A stretch of 64,000 bases of DNA, taken from an archaeon (GTDB taxonomy: Archaea; SpSt-1190; DYHY01). The position numbers and the translations under genes are program-made. Numbering within the stretch: the stretch's first letter is position 1; each line of letters starts with the position of its first letter. Location: positions 16,738 to 80,737 of the forward strand of contig JAZDJS010000021.1 of the NCBI GenBank assembly GCA_043803745.1. The letters run 5' to 3'. Below are positions 18,036 to 27,867 of the stretch, piece after piece. The notes beneath the pieces are model-generated. The model did no database searches and was not told the origin of the DNA. It was given only the letters and a program-made list of their open reading frames with translations.

Positions 18036-18782
18036 TTAGGAATACTTGCCCGTTGAAACCGTCCCGAACCAGGGCCTCACTTCAACTGCAACGCTCGGAT
18101 AATTCTCCCCGACCTTTTCAAACCGGAAAAGCGTTGCGTTCTCCGGGCAACCCGGACCTATTTCGGTGCAGAGGCAGAGGTCGAGGCGCTTGCCAAGCGG
18201 CAGTTTGTCCGGAAGAGTCGACCGGTTCCAGGAAACCGACGAATTGTCAATTGAGAAAACTATCCTGTCCAAGTCCTCGCGGGGAAGCACTATTTTCCCT
18301 GTGTTCCTCAGTTCGGCGCAGAGAATCGGCCCCTCGTGCCAGATTAGTTCCAAGCTATAGGAAGTCAGCTTATCCCTCTTCAGGTCGGAAAGCTGGAGGG
18401 GAGGCTCATTCGGCCCGATAATATCTGCGATGTGAAAGTCAGGAATTGAGAGGATTATCCCGAAATAGAGGATTAACGGAACCAGGGCAATCAGGGCGAT
18501 AGGAAGTATTTTCATCAAAAGCGGAGCCTTCTTGGCCCGCCGTATCCGCTCGAGCTGGAGATATTTCGAGTTCTGATACTCCTTTATTTTTCCCGTGACA
18601 ACTGCCTCGCCCTCGAAATCAGGTCCCCAGGCATAGATTGTGTCGCTCGTGTCGGTGATTGTGAGCCAACCTTCCCCGGCCGGCTTTACGAGCCCGCTGA
18701 CCTTTGCGGAAGAGTCCACTGGCAGTGCCAAGGCTTCCGAAACTTTCATCAGCGGCTCCAAAGGGGCTTTTTGCTCCGGCAT
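18036..18782 (-). CDS. Hypothetical membrane-anchored protein (one central TM helix)
   Basis: 248 aa. TM segment ILPIALIALVPLILYFGIILSI. Confidence 0.4.
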   Translation of the reverse strand: MPEQKAPLEPLMKVSEALALPVDSSAKVSGLVKPAGEGWLTITDTSDTIYAWGPDFEGEAVVTGKIKEYQNSKYLQLERIRRAKKAPLLMKILPIALIALVPLILYFGIILSIPDFHIADIIGPNEPPLQLSDLKRDKLTSYSLELIWHEGPILCAELRNTGKIVLPREDLDRIVFSIDNSSVSWNRSTLPDKLPLGKRLDLCLCTEIGPGCPENATLFRFEKVGENYPSVAVEVRPWFGTVSTGKYS

Positions 18783-18972
18783 TTTCCGCTGAACCCCGGA
18801 TTTCCGTGCTTATAATGTTTGTCGGTTTTCGGGAGCGCCGCTCTTCGAGCTTGGACTCTGCTGAAATTGGTGGGGGCCTGTCAGAAATTCCGACAGGCCC
18901 TGTTTCCCTTGGGAGGGGGGAAAATGAGCAACCGGAGGAATTTTTGTCCAATATAGTATAAAAGGCTTTTGG

Positions 18973-18989
18973 TTGTATGGAGCATACAA
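18973..18989. promoter_or_regulatory. Perfect inverted repeat TTGTATG-gag-CATACAA upstream of the wHTH regulator gene. Candidate operator.
   Basis: 7-bp arms with a 3-bp spacer, about 90 bp upstream of the ATG at 19080. The TATA-like elements ATATAGTATAAAAGG and TTTATAAGTG are nearby. Confidence 0.4.
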
Positions 18990-19079
18990 CAGGAATCATT
19001 TATAAGTGCTGGCTGCTATTTATTCCAGGGGGGTAAAACCAACTTGACTGCTTCGTCCGGACAGGGTCCAAACCGCCGC

Positions 19080-19412
19080 ATGGAGGCGATAACTCGGACC
19101 TTTGTCAACACAATCAGGCAGGTGACGCCGACCTACCAGAGGAGGATACTCTGCTTCCTTGCGAAAAACCCCGGGAAGAAATTCACCAACATCCAGGTTT
19201 CCCAGTCCCTTTCCGAGGACAGGAGCAACATCTGGAGATTCATGAACGCGATAATCGAGGACTCCGGGGAGCATGCGATGATTGACAAGATAATCGAGGG
19301 CGGGGACATCTACTATAGCTGGAAGGAACCGAAGATAACGATAGACGGGCTGAAGATCTCAGAAATATTGCGCGTGCTTGAGGAGCTTGAGAAGGAGGCG
19401 GAAGAAAAGTAG
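19080..19412 (+). CDS. Winged-helix transcriptional regulator (about 110 aa)
   Basis: MEAITRTFVNTIRQVTPTYQRRILCFLAKNPGKKFTNIQVSQSL... is wHTH-like. The internal ATG at 19080 was preferred over the track start at 18969. Confidence 0.45.
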   Translation: MEAITRTFVNTIRQVTPTYQRRILCFLAKNPGKKFTNIQVSQSLSEDRSNIWRFMNAIIEDSGEHAMIDKIIEGGDIYYSWKEPKITIDGLKISEILRVLEELEKEAEEK

Positions 19413-19414
19413 AA

Positions 19415-20047
19415 ATGGAATTCGCCCAGACATTCAGGCTTGCCTCGTTCGGTCTTGTAGGGATTCTTGGACTGGCGCTTACCCTGCTGCGCCTGGGCAA
19501 GGTTGGAAAGCGGCGACCTTGGCTTTCGGTTGCGGGGATCGGACTTTCCCTTTCATTCGGCTTTTACACTTTCGCAGAGCTCTACGGGCTTTTCGGGGAA
19601 CCTGAACGGGAGTTCATACATGCTGCGAGCTTCCTGTTCTTCTGGGCGCTTGCAACGGTCAATTTGCTCGGCTGCCAGAGAAGCACGTTCGTTCTTCCCG
19701 TGCTTGAAACGGGCGCTGCCGCAGCAGTCTCCTGGCTTGTGCTCGGAGAGAAGGGGCTTTTCTTCGCCGCAATTGTCGCGCTCGGGGTGACGATGCATTT
19801 CACCTCCCTTTACCACGGATTGCTCCGCAGGGTCAACGCCCTTTCGACCGCGCTCAATTTCGGCGTTGTGCTCTGGATGTTCCACGTTTTCGCGCTCTCG
19901 ACGGGAGCTTCGCCGCCAGTCTGGCTCGACATCCTGAGGGGGCTCATTGCCCTTGCCTGCCTTTTCCTTTATTTCAGGTTTGCCTCGCCCCAGATTCTGC
20001 AGACAAGGATTCAGGCCAACGCGCTCAAGAAGGCGTTCAAGGTTTGA
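19415..20047 (+). CDS. Integral membrane protein (about 6 TM helices)
   Basis: 210 aa, strongly hydrophobic. Confidence 0.5.
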   Translation: MEFAQTFRLASFGLVGILGLALTLLRLGKVGKRRPWLSVAGIGLSLSFGFYTFAELYGLFGEPEREFIHAASFLFFWALATVNLLGCQRSTFVLPVLETGAAAAVSWLVLGEKGLFFAAIVALGVTMHFTSLYHGLLRRVNALSTALNFGVVLWMFHVFALSTGASPPVWLDILRGLIALACLFLYFRFASPQILQTRIQANALKKAFKV

Positions 20048-20060
20048 GAAAATAAAGAGT

Positions 20061-20675
20061 TCAAAGGGAGCCGCCGCTAACGATTAACTCCCCATTTTCC
20101 TGAACGGACACTAGTGTGAATTTCTCATTGACGTAAATTGCCTGCTGCCCGCAAATTTCCGGGTTAAATCCCTTGTAGACTGCATCAACCTTCCTTGCCA
20201 AATCGGAACTCTTGTAGCTTAAGGCGGAGCGCGCCAGCCCCTCCACAAACTTACTCTCATCATATGAACCGTTAAAAGAGATTATAGGAAATCTATCTAT
20301 TTCAATCAATCGAGTTTCGAATTTTCCTCCCCTGCGCGCCATCGTGTAAATGAAACCTTCATAAGGCGAAATGCCAAAGCAAACGTCGGTTTTTTCAGCA
20401 GATTCAGGTTCCAATTTGGCACTTTTTAATTTCTCAGCTAACTCTTCAAAAGTTTTTGCACCCGCCAAGTCAAGATGATTGTACTCACCGGGCTTTTCGT
20501 TAGGGAGAATGAATGCTTGTTTTTTGTCAGATGTCAGGTGTATTTCTAAGGGAGGTACGTTAGGAATAGCATAAGAGGCTAACGCAGCACTAGTCGTAGG
20601 TTCGTCTGTTGTCGCAATTGCTGAAACGTAACAGTTCGGGACTTCTGAATCGTCCATAGCTAGTAAACAATCCAA
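20061..20675 (-). CDS. Hypothetical protein in a low-GC patch
   Basis: 204-aa ORF. Local GC is visibly lower than the surroundings. Confidence 0.45.
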   Translation of the reverse strand: MDCLLAMDDSEVPNCYVSAIATTDEPTTSAALASYAIPNVPPLEIHLTSDKKQAFILPNEKPGEYNHLDLAGAKTFEELAEKLKSAKLEPESAEKTDVCFGISPYEGFIYTMARRGGKFETRLIEIDRFPIISFNGSYDESKFVEGLARSALSYKSSDLARKVDAVYKGFNPEICGQQAIYVNEKFTLVSVQENGELIVSGGSL

Positions 20676-20680
20676 CTTCC

Positions 20681-21019
20681 TTATAAGCTTTTCGCCACTG
20701 CGAAATGGTATTCAAATCTTGAACTTGTCCTTGCCAAAATCCGTATTCTTCCGCCGGGGGAAATCGCAATTCCGTCTTTCGAAAGGAGGGCTTGCTTGCG
20801 AAAAACACCGCCCGGGCCGGAATAGTTCCCGATTCTCCCGTCCGAGAGGACGACCTTGTAGCAGGGGATTTTGTCCGGGTTTGGATTCTTCCTCATCAGG
20901 GTCCCGACTGCCCGGGCTGCCCGGGGCGAGCCCGCCGCCCTTGCAAGGGCTGAATATGTTGTGACCTTTCCCTTTGGGACTTTCTTGAGGAGGGAATAGA
21001 CCTTTTCGGAGAAATTCAT
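20681..21019 (-). CDS. MGMT-like DNA-binding domain protein (6-O-methylguanine-DNA methyltransferase C-terminal domain family, COG3695-like)
   Basis: 112 aa. VYSLLKKVPKGKVTTYSALARAAGSPRAARAVGTLMRKNPNPDKIPCYKVV has the IPC(H/Y)(R/K)VV active-site region. Confidence 0.6.
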   Translation of the reverse strand: MNFSEKVYSLLKKVPKGKVTTYSALARAAGSPRAARAVGTLMRKNPNPDKIPCYKVVLSDGRIGNYSGPGGVFRKQALLSKDGIAISPGGRIRILARTSSRFEYHFAVAKSL

Positions 21020-21085
21020 TTCTTTTCAAAAGTTTTTAAACTGCCTGGTAGAAATGCTTTTCCAACAGGCAAGGAACTGTCCCAA

Positions 21086-22108
21086 ATGAATCCAAAATCT
21101 AGCGACGCATTCATCGAGAAATCCCTCCCAAGGAAACAGACGAAAGAAGGCATTGAGACGCTCCTTGGCAAGCCGAAATTCGCATATGATGTTGAAGCGA
21201 TAAATTCGGCGATAAATTCTCCCGCCTGGGACCTCCTTGACAGGGGCGGAAAGAGATGGAGACCGCGGCTTTTCTCCCTCATTGCCGGGGCTTTCGGGAA
21301 GCGGGATCCCTGCGGGCTTGAGGCTCTTGTGGAAATAGTCCACAGCGGCACCCTGATTGTTGACGATGTCGAGGATTCCTCGGAAAGCCGCAGGGGCAAA
21401 CCAGCTCTTCACACAATCTACGGAACAGACGTTGCGATAAATCTCGGGAACACACTATATTATCTCCCGCTGAAGCGGGTTCTTGCTGCTAGAATTCCGG
21501 GGAAAATGAAACTGGAAATCCTCGAGACATATTCGATTGAGATGATCAGAATCTCGCACGGCCAGGGGCTTGACATCTGGTGGCACAGGCACGGGAAAAT
21601 CCCGACGGAGAAGCAGTATCTGCAGATGTGCGCATACAAGACCGGCACGCTCGCGCGGATGGCTGCGGAATTCGCGGGGATTGTCGCGGGGCTTGACAGG
21701 AGGAAACGGAAGGTCCTCGGGGAATTTACCGAATCCCTTGGGGTCGCCTTCCAGATACAGGATGATTTGCTTAACCTTGTCGGGGATTTCGGAAAATACG
21801 GAAAGGAAATCGGCGGCGACATCACTGAAGGGAAGAAGACGCTTGCAGTCATTTTCGCTGTCGGAAAGCTCGGGAAGGAAGAGGCAAGCGAGCTGGAAAA
21901 GATAATCGCGGAACACACCAAGGAACCCGGGAAAATTGAGCGGGCAGTCAGGCTGATCAGGAAATCAAAGGCAATCGAATATTGCAGGGAGAAGGCAAGA
22001 GAGCTTGTAAAGGTATCTTGGGCGAAGGCTGAGAATGTCCTGCCCCCTTCCGAAGAGCGGGAAGAGCTTGGGCGGCTTGCAAGGTTCCTTATTGAAAGGG
22101 ATTTTTGA
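21086..22108 (+). CDS. idsA: Polyprenyl (geranylgeranyl) diphosphate synthase
   Basis: First Asp-rich motif LIVDDVEDSSESRRGKP and second motif FQIQDDLLN. Confidence 0.85.
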   Translation: MNPKSSDAFIEKSLPRKQTKEGIETLLGKPKFAYDVEAINSAINSPAWDLLDRGGKRWRPRLFSLIAGAFGKRDPCGLEALVEIVHSGTLIVDDVEDSSESRRGKPALHTIYGTDVAINLGNTLYYLPLKRVLAARIPGKMKLEILETYSIEMIRISHGQGLDIWWHRHGKIPTEKQYLQMCAYKTGTLARMAAEFAGIVAGLDRRKRKVLGEFTESLGVAFQIQDDLLNLVGDFGKYGKEIGGDITEGKKTLAVIFAVGKLGKEEASELEKIIAEHTKEPGKIERAVRLIRKSKAIEYCREKARELVKVSWAKAENVLPPSEEREELGRLARFLIERDF

Positions 22109-22175
22109 ATTACCATACCCGGAACCGGCAAGTCGAACCGACAAGTATTTTAGCCCCGTTTGCCGCTGCAAGCGG

Positions 22176-22694
22176 ATGGCAAAGATTGCGCCGGCAAGCT
22201 TCTTCAAGGCGGGGGATTTCTCGGAAGGGGTCCTGGCGGAAATGAAGGAAACCGCAAGATTCATCTTCGAAATGGAGGGTTTCCAGGAGGCTTTCGCAAC
22301 GAGGAAGGGATTCACCAAAATGGATCTCAAGGGGATTGGGAAAATCCTCAAGCCGGAGGAAATCCTCCTTGGCGCGCCCTATATCGAAAACTTCTCCTTC
22401 GTCAAGAAGGAGGGAGAATATCCTGGAACCCTGATAATCCTCCGGGACAGGCTGATTTTCCACACAACCTGCGCATACCGGCTTTCCGGGGCAACGGGGA
22501 ATGGGAAGGAAGGGGAGCTTGCGAGGATGAAGGGCGAGGTCGTCGCAAAGGCGAATTCCAAGAACCTCTATTTCGAGGGTTCGCTGGAAAAATTCTCATT
22601 CACCCGGCTTGCGGATTTCTCAAAGCTGAACACAATCGGGTTCATGCAGGATGTGAAGAGCGCGCTTTACGGGCTTGAACTGAAAGCTTTTTAA
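22176..22694 (+). CDS. Hypothetical protein
   Basis: Internal ATG (MAKIAP...) chosen because the track ORF overlaps the idsA 3-prime end. Confidence 0.4.
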   Translation: MAKIAPASFFKAGDFSEGVLAEMKETARFIFEMEGFQEAFATRKGFTKMDLKGIGKILKPEEILLGAPYIENFSFVKKEGEYPGTLIILRDRLIFHTTCAYRLSGATGNGKEGELARMKGEVVAKANSKNLYFEGSLEKFSFTRLADFSKLNTIGFMQDVKSALYGLELKAF

Positions 22695-22716
22695 TTCCCC
22701 GGAGAGGTTTACTAAG

Positions 22717-22905
22717 ATGGCTGGCAAGGAAGAACTCAACGTCTGCTGCCGAAGGAGACCATCCGGACTGGGGATTTTCCTGATGCTTCTGGGCGCGTTC
22801 TTCCTGCTCCAGGAGTACGGCTTTCTTCCGAAGAACCTTCCGGTTTTCCCGCTTGTCCTGATTATCGGCGGACTTTTCCTAGTTATAACGAGCGTTCTTG
22901 GATGA
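22717..22905 (+). CDS. Small membrane protein (62 aa)
   Basis: Two hydrophobic segments. Confidence 0.3.
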   Translation: MAGKEELNVCCRRRPSGLGIFLMLLGAFFLLQEYGFLPKNLPVFPLVLIIGGLFLVITSVLG

Positions 22906-22938
22906 CCCGCAGCGCAGGAGAGTTCCCGGACCGCGCGC

Positions 22939-23145
22939 CTATTTCTTCTCAGGCATCACGATCCACGCGATTATGTATGCCAAGAGTCCGGCTCCGCCGG
23001 CAAGGCAGAAGAATATCCAAAGGAGCCTTATGAGCGTTGGGTCAACTCCGAAATACTCGGCAAGCCCGCCGCAGACTCCGGCGAGTTTCCGGTTCCTCTT
23101 CGACCTATAGAGATTTTTAACGCGCGCCATCCGAGCAAAGGGCAA
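22939..23145 (-). CDS. PspC-domain membrane protein
   Basis: NLYRSKRNRKLAGVCGGLAEYFGVDPTLIRLLWIFFCLAGGAGLLAYIIAWIVMP matches the PspC domain consensus. Confidence 0.6.
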   Translation of the reverse strand: MPFARMARVKNLYRSKRNRKLAGVCGGLAEYFGVDPTLIRLLWIFFCLAGGAGLLAYIIAWIVMPEKK

Positions 23146-23199
23146 CCCTTGCTTAAAAATAGATTGGCCGCCGGTCTCCCCGGCGGCCGCTCAATTTTC

Positions 23200-23529
23200 T
23201 CAGAATTTCTGTTTCTTGACGAAGGGACCCACGATCGGGAGCTCGAACGTTTTTCCCTGGTATGCCTTGAACATGCAGTAAATCCACAAAATCAAACAAC
23301 CCAGCCCCCATATTGAGGTGAGAATTCCCCCGATTAGCGGGAATATCCCAAGAACCCAGAAAATCGCATACGCAGCAACTGAAACAACTATCGACTGCAG
23401 CGCGTGGAAACGCACCGACTTGCTCTTCTTTTCAGCCAAAAGGAACGCCAGTCCCGTAATGAAACCAAGCAGGTATGCCAGTGCACCTTCCAACTTTTCA
23501 TCTAATCCTAGAGATGTATTCTTTGCCAT
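23200..23529 (-). CDS. DUF4870-like membrane protein
   Basis: MAKNTSLGLDEKLEGALAYLLGFITGLAFLLAEKKSKSVRFHALQSIVVS... Internal start at 23529 was preferred. Confidence 0.45.
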   Translation of the reverse strand: MAKNTSLGLDEKLEGALAYLLGFITGLAFLLAEKKSKSVRFHALQSIVVSVAAYAIFWVLGIFPLIGGILTSIWGLGCLILWIYCMFKAYQGKTFELPIVGPFVKKQKF

Positions 23530-23703
23530 AGTTGCCACCGCAGACGGTGCTGATTTATGTAGTTTTGGGTTTTGGCATTCGAATCCATCTATTTTGGGCA
23601 GTTGGGGGATTTCCTCGAGAAGCGGATCGGGAGCTCTTTGCTCGGGCGGGACCGCTTGAAAATAAAAAATTGGGGGATTTCTCCCCCGTTGCATAGAAAA
23701 GCC

Positions 23704-24183
23704 TTACAGACTCTGCCGCATTCCGCGGGTTCCAGGGCTCTGGAACCTTCTTCCGCCGAATCGGCTCCGTCCGCCACTTCCGCCACCGAATGGGCGGGGC
23801 GGGCGTTCGACCTGGCGGTCGGAAAGGTTGTTGTCCATCTTCACGTCTGCGATTTCCTCTGTCGCGGGCGTGATTTTTCCGTACTTGCCCGGGTTGAGCC
23901 GCATCGACGTTTCGAAAACGGTTATCCTTGCGTTCGTAATGTCATAGGTCTTTCCGGCCTCAATCTGGTTGATTGAGTCGTCCCACAGGCTCATTACAAT
24001 GCATCCTGTTTCGTCGCCAACTAGGAACTCGGCAACCTTGTGGCTGCTTCCGTCCATCTTGGAAACTACGTCCTTTTCGTTCTTCTTCTCTACAACCTTC
24101 ACCCTTGCGTTAATTTCCTTTGAGTTTACCCCAAGGGTTTCCAGTTTTACTGCTGCCTGTTGTGTTTGTCCTTGTTCTTCCAT
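23704..24183 (-). CDS. ssb: OB-fold single-stranded DNA-binding protein (SSB) with a Gly/Arg-rich C-terminal tail
   Basis: 159 aa. INARVKVVEKK..VAEFLVGDETGCIVMSLWDD..ITNARITVFETSMRLNPGKYGKI resembles Sulfolobus-type SSB. Tail GGGSGGRSRFGGRRF. Confidence 0.7.
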   Translation of the reverse strand: MEEQGQTQQAAVKLETLGVNSKEINARVKVVEKKNEKDVVSKMDGSSHKVAEFLVGDETGCIVMSLWDDSINQIEAGKTYDITNARITVFETSMRLNPGKYGKITPATEEIADVKMDNNLSDRQVERPPRPFGGGSGGRSRFGGRRFQSPGTRGMRQSL

Positions 24184-24336
24184 TTTGTTACTTGTTCACT
24201 TCTCTTTTTTTGTTTTTTAAAACAGCTGCTCGTCGCTTCTTTTTTTTTCTTCAAAAAATTTCCGCTTCTTCGCTTCGCTGCTTGGGAACGGTTCGCAAAC
24301 ACGCTTTATTAAGCTATTTGATGGGCGGATTTTGGG

Positions 24337-24981
24337 CTATACGATTGCTCGGTATGCTTCCGAAACTCTTGAAACCTCGGCTGAAAAACTTTCCTCAAGG
24401 AATTGGGTTATTCCCGGAATGTGGGAAAGGCTACTTGGGAGAAGGCGCCTTGCTTCCTCGGCAGCTGAGAGAATCCTCCTGTTGAACTCAATTTCGTGGA
24501 AGGTCAAATATGCGCTTGCAAGCTCGTAGACTGAAGAGACCTCCGGGCGAATTTCCTTGGCTTGCACCTCTTCCGGCTTGATTTTTGGCCTGCCGTTATG
24601 GAGATAGCTCAGGAATTCATCGGCTGCGGAAATTCTTCCCTCGAAATTCCCATCAAGCCCGTCAATTAGAAGCCGGTCCTGAATATTAGCCAGGAGGGAA
24701 CTTAACTTTGAGTATTCTGATTCCCTCAAGCCATATGTCCTTTTCGCAACTTCCTTGAGGACCCAGTTTAAGCAGGCAAGTGCGTGTTCCCCTGCCCTGT
24801 TTGATTCAGCTGATTTGACTAGCGAAAGAAATCCCCGGGCCTCCCTGAAATTGTAATCTTCTGCATTTTCAAAAGCATATTCCGAAAAGAGGCGCGCCCG
24901 GGCAAGGTCGCCCTCCTCAAAGGACTTCCTCGCAATTCCCAAAAGCGTCTGGTAATCCATCTGTGGCGCCATTTTTTTCAC
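24337..24981 (-). CDS. Hypothetical helical protein
   Basis: 214 aa. It overlaps the upstream gene by 4 bp, suggesting an operon. Confidence 0.4.
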   Translation of the reverse strand: MKKMAPQMDYQTLLGIARKSFEEGDLARARLFSEYAFENAEDYNFREARGFLSLVKSAESNRAGEHALACLNWVLKEVAKRTYGLRESEYSKLSSLLANIQDRLLIDGLDGNFEGRISAADEFLSYLHNGRPKIKPEEVQAKEIRPEVSSVYELASAYLTFHEIEFNRRILSAAEEARRLLPSSLSHIPGITQFLEESFSAEVSRVSEAYRAIV

Positions 24982-25622
24982 TCGGTAATTCCAAGCATTG
25001 TCGGGTATCTCGAAACCTCTTCCATCCCTACGCTCTTCATCATTTCCCAGGAACGCGCATAGACGTTGTTAGGAGGAATCCCAAGTTCAGCTCCCAGGGA
25101 AATCCGCCGCTCGCAGTCGGCAAGATAGTCCTTCTCAATTTCATATTTGGCTGAAAGGAAGATTCTCTCAATCCGCCGATGAGCGGCCTTCCCCGAAATT
25201 CCGGGGGTTGCAGCAGCCCATCTTTCAGTTAGTTCGGCAAGCAACTCGGAAAACGCGAGGGCAATCGAGTCGGTTGCAACAAGGTCTGCTTTCGAATTCG
25301 CTATTGTGGTCAGCCCAAAGTTTCCGGCAAGCCGCGCCTCTTCCTGAACCAATTCGGAAACGTGTGTCCAGTCCGCGGAGCGCATCCCAAGGTCGGCATA
25401 TTTTCCTTCGCTTGTGCACTCGGCTGCAAGGGCAAGAAGGCGTCCCATCTGATACGCTGCTTTCCTTGCCAAAACTGCTTCGTGAACTTTCTCCGCGTCA
25501 GCAGACCCTTCCCTGAAAAGGGCGGCCCTTACGGCATATGTTTCGGCAGCTGGAAAATCATTTTCCTTGAGAGCCGCCTCGGCCTTTTCGATGCAGGATT
25601 CACAAGTCATAGGTTCAGGCAT
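24978..25622 (-). CDS. Hypothetical helical protein
   Basis: 214 aa. Confidence 0.4.
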   Translation of the reverse strand: MPEPMTCESCIEKAEAALKENDFPAAETYAVRAALFREGSADAEKVHEAVLARKAAYQMGRLLALAAECTSEGKYADLGMRSADWTHVSELVQEEARLAGNFGLTTIANSKADLVATDSIALAFSELLAELTERWAAATPGISGKAAHRRIERIFLSAKYEIEKDYLADCERRISLGAELGIPPNNVYARSWEMMKSVGMEEVSRYPTMLGITE

Positions 25623-25647
25623 TTGACCACTTCAAAGTCGCTTATTT

Positions 25648-26505
25648 TTAAACTTTCCCGTCCTTTCCGGAACTGAAACCCTCTATTTCCTTCAGGACTG
25701 CTGCGGCAAGGGGGCGCTCGAAACCGAAGAAGCCGTGCTCGCCCTCGACGAAGAGTATCCTTGCGCCGGGAAGCCTTACGGAAAGCTCTGCTGTTCGCGC
25801 GCGGGTGTTGAAAATCTCTATCAGGAAATCCCCCTTCCCGATAAGGAAGGTTGTCGGGCATGAGATCTTCTCTGAGAAATCCATTATCGGGGGGGTTGAA
25901 ATGAATTTCCTCTCGGCTGAAACGAGGTCCCTTGCCCTGAGCTTGTAGAGGGAAATCGGGTCTTTTGACCTTGACCTGTCGTGGATTTCCTGGGGAAGCT
26001 CGACAAGGAACTTTTCAAGGAACTTGCTGATTGTCGCGTGCTTCTCGAACCTGAAAACCACGGGGGAGGATATTGCAACAACCCCTGAAATCCGCTTGTC
26101 CTCGGCAGCGGTCCTCAGGCAGACATATCCCCCGAGGGAATGGCCGACGAGGAAGATTTTCAATCCCGCTTCATCCACCAGGCCAAGCTTCGAAACAAGG
26201 AAATTGAGCGCAATTGAGACGTCCGGAACCATCTGCTCAGGGTCGAAATAGTCCCCGAACTCCCCCGTTGCGGAATCGGTGCAGGAACGCCCGTGCCCGC
26301 GGGCGTCGTAGGAGGCAACCGCGGTGTCCGGCAGTCCGAGCAGGGCGCGGATTATCTCCTGCTGGAACGGGGGGAAGAAGGCGTCGACCCAAAGCCCGTG
26401 GTGGAAAAGCACAAGTGTCCCGACCCGCTTTTCCTTCGGATAAGTCAGGTTGCCAACTATTTTCACTCCGCCGGTCCCCTGGAATGAAAATTCCTCTGAA
26501 ATCAT
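25648..26505 (-). CDS. Alpha/beta hydrolase fold protein
   Basis: GHSLGG nucleophile elbow and HHGLW oxyanion region. Confidence 0.7.
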   Translation of the reverse strand: MISEEFSFQGTGGVKIVGNLTYPKEKRVGTLVLFHHGLWVDAFFPPFQQEIIRALLGLPDTAVASYDARGHGRSCTDSATGEFGDYFDPEQMVPDVSIALNFLVSKLGLVDEAGLKIFLVGHSLGGYVCLRTAAEDKRISGVVAISSPVVFRFEKHATISKFLEKFLVELPQEIHDRSRSKDPISLYKLRARDLVSAERKFISTPPIMDFSEKISCPTTFLIGKGDFLIEIFNTRARTAELSVRLPGARILFVEGEHGFFGFERPLAAAVLKEIEGFSSGKDGKV

Positions 26506-26514
26506 CCCCCAACT

Positions 26515-27801
26515 TCAGCCTCCGATGAAAATCAGTCCGATGATGAACCCGGCAAAGAGCAGGGCGCCCGCCCCGAATACCCTGAACACCTTTGAGCCGA
26601 GTTGCGCGCCCCCGATACGGTATGCAAGCGCAAGGTTGACTACTGCCGAACTCAGGCAGCCGATCAGGATTGCGACCGCCGCCTCGAGCGGGGAAATGCT
26701 TCCCACCGCGGAAAGGGATGTTATCGAAACGACAAGCGCGTTGAGGCTGCCGAATCCGGCGAAGGCTGCTGCAGCATAAAGACCGTACTTTCCAAAGAAG
26801 GTCATCAGGAGCTTGAAAAGGATCACGAGCCCTGTGAAAAGGACCGTGAACCTGATTGCCGTTGAGAATGAGAAGGGCGATGTCTTTTTCATCCCGAGGG
26901 AAATGCGTTTCCTGCTTCCCGAAAAATTGCCGCTCCGCATTGAAAGCGCAAGGGAGACCGCTGAAACGAAGATAAGCGGGAAGATCAGATATGCGAAAAC
27001 CTCCCTGCTGCCGACAAGCGAAAGCAGGAGAACCCGGACTGTTGTCACTGAAAAGGCGACCGAGAGAACGAGGGCAATCCCGTCGGAAAGGCTGCGATCC
27101 TTCCGCGCATTTTCGGAAACCGCAAAAGTGGTTGCAATGAGCGAGGCAAGCCCCCCGGCAGCCCCGATTATTCCGGCTGAAACGCGGGTTTCCTTGAAAA
27201 TCCGGGCTACGAGGTGCCCTGCAAAACCGAGAGCGAGCACAAGAAGGGTCATTGACCAGACGACGAAGGGATTGAAAATCCCCCAGGGGTCGATTGAGCG
27301 GTTCGGGAGAACCGGGAGCATTATGAAGGAGAAGAAACCGAGCGCAAGCGTTTCGATGAGCTCTTTTTCCGAAAGGTGCTTCACGAAGAACTTGGCGAAC
27401 GGCTTTATCGCAAGGAGGAGGGTCAGTATTATCGAAGCCGCTATCGCCTCAAGGAAAAGCCCCAGTTCGACGAGAAGCCCCAGGCAGAAAAGAAGGACGA
27501 ACGCGGTGCTTGTGGTGAGTCCGGGGTGCCGCTCGCGCTTCGAGCGGGCGTAGTAGATCAGGAGGGCGACGGATATTGAGAAAAGGAGCCCGAGGACAAC
27601 GATTGAAGGGGCTGAGAACGCCCGCGCAAGGAAGGAGGAGAAAAAGCCGAGGGAAGCAACGAGGAGGGAGGTCCGAAGGCCGGCGAACTTCTTCGCCTTT
27701 TCCCGCTCAAGCCCGATCGGAAGCGCGACTATTATCGTCAGGAAAAACCTCCATAGGAAGGAGGAAAAGTTCCCGCCGCTGCTTGAAAAGAACTCGAACA
27801 T
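26515..27801 (-). CDS. MgtC/SapB-family N-terminal domain plus DUF4010-type polytopic membrane protein
   Basis: LPIGLEREKAKKFAGLRT is the MgtC-like motif. More than 10 TM helices. Internal ATG at 27801. Confidence 0.55.
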   Translation of the reverse strand: MFEFFSSSGGNFSSFLWRFFLTIIVALPIGLEREKAKKFAGLRTSLLVASLGFFSSFLARAFSAPSIVVLGLLFSISVALLIYYARSKRERHPGLTTSTAFVLLFCLGLLVELGLFLEAIAASIILTLLLAIKPFAKFFVKHLSEKELIETLALGFFSFIMLPVLPNRSIDPWGIFNPFVVWSMTLLVLALGFAGHLVARIFKETRVSAGIIGAAGGLASLIATTFAVSENARKDRSLSDGIALVLSVAFSVTTVRVLLLSLVGSREVFAYLIFPLIFVSAVSLALSMRSGNFSGSRKRISLGMKKTSPFSFSTAIRFTVLFTGLVILFKLLMTFFGKYGLYAAAAFAGFGSLNALVVSITSLSAVGSISPLEAAVAILIGCLSSAVVNLALAYRIGGAQLGSKVFRVFGAGALLFAGFIIGLIFIGG

Positions 27802-27867
27802 CCGCAGGAAGAGGAGGCCGCGATTTATAAAAACTGTTTTCACCGCCTCCCGCGGCAAAAGTATTAA

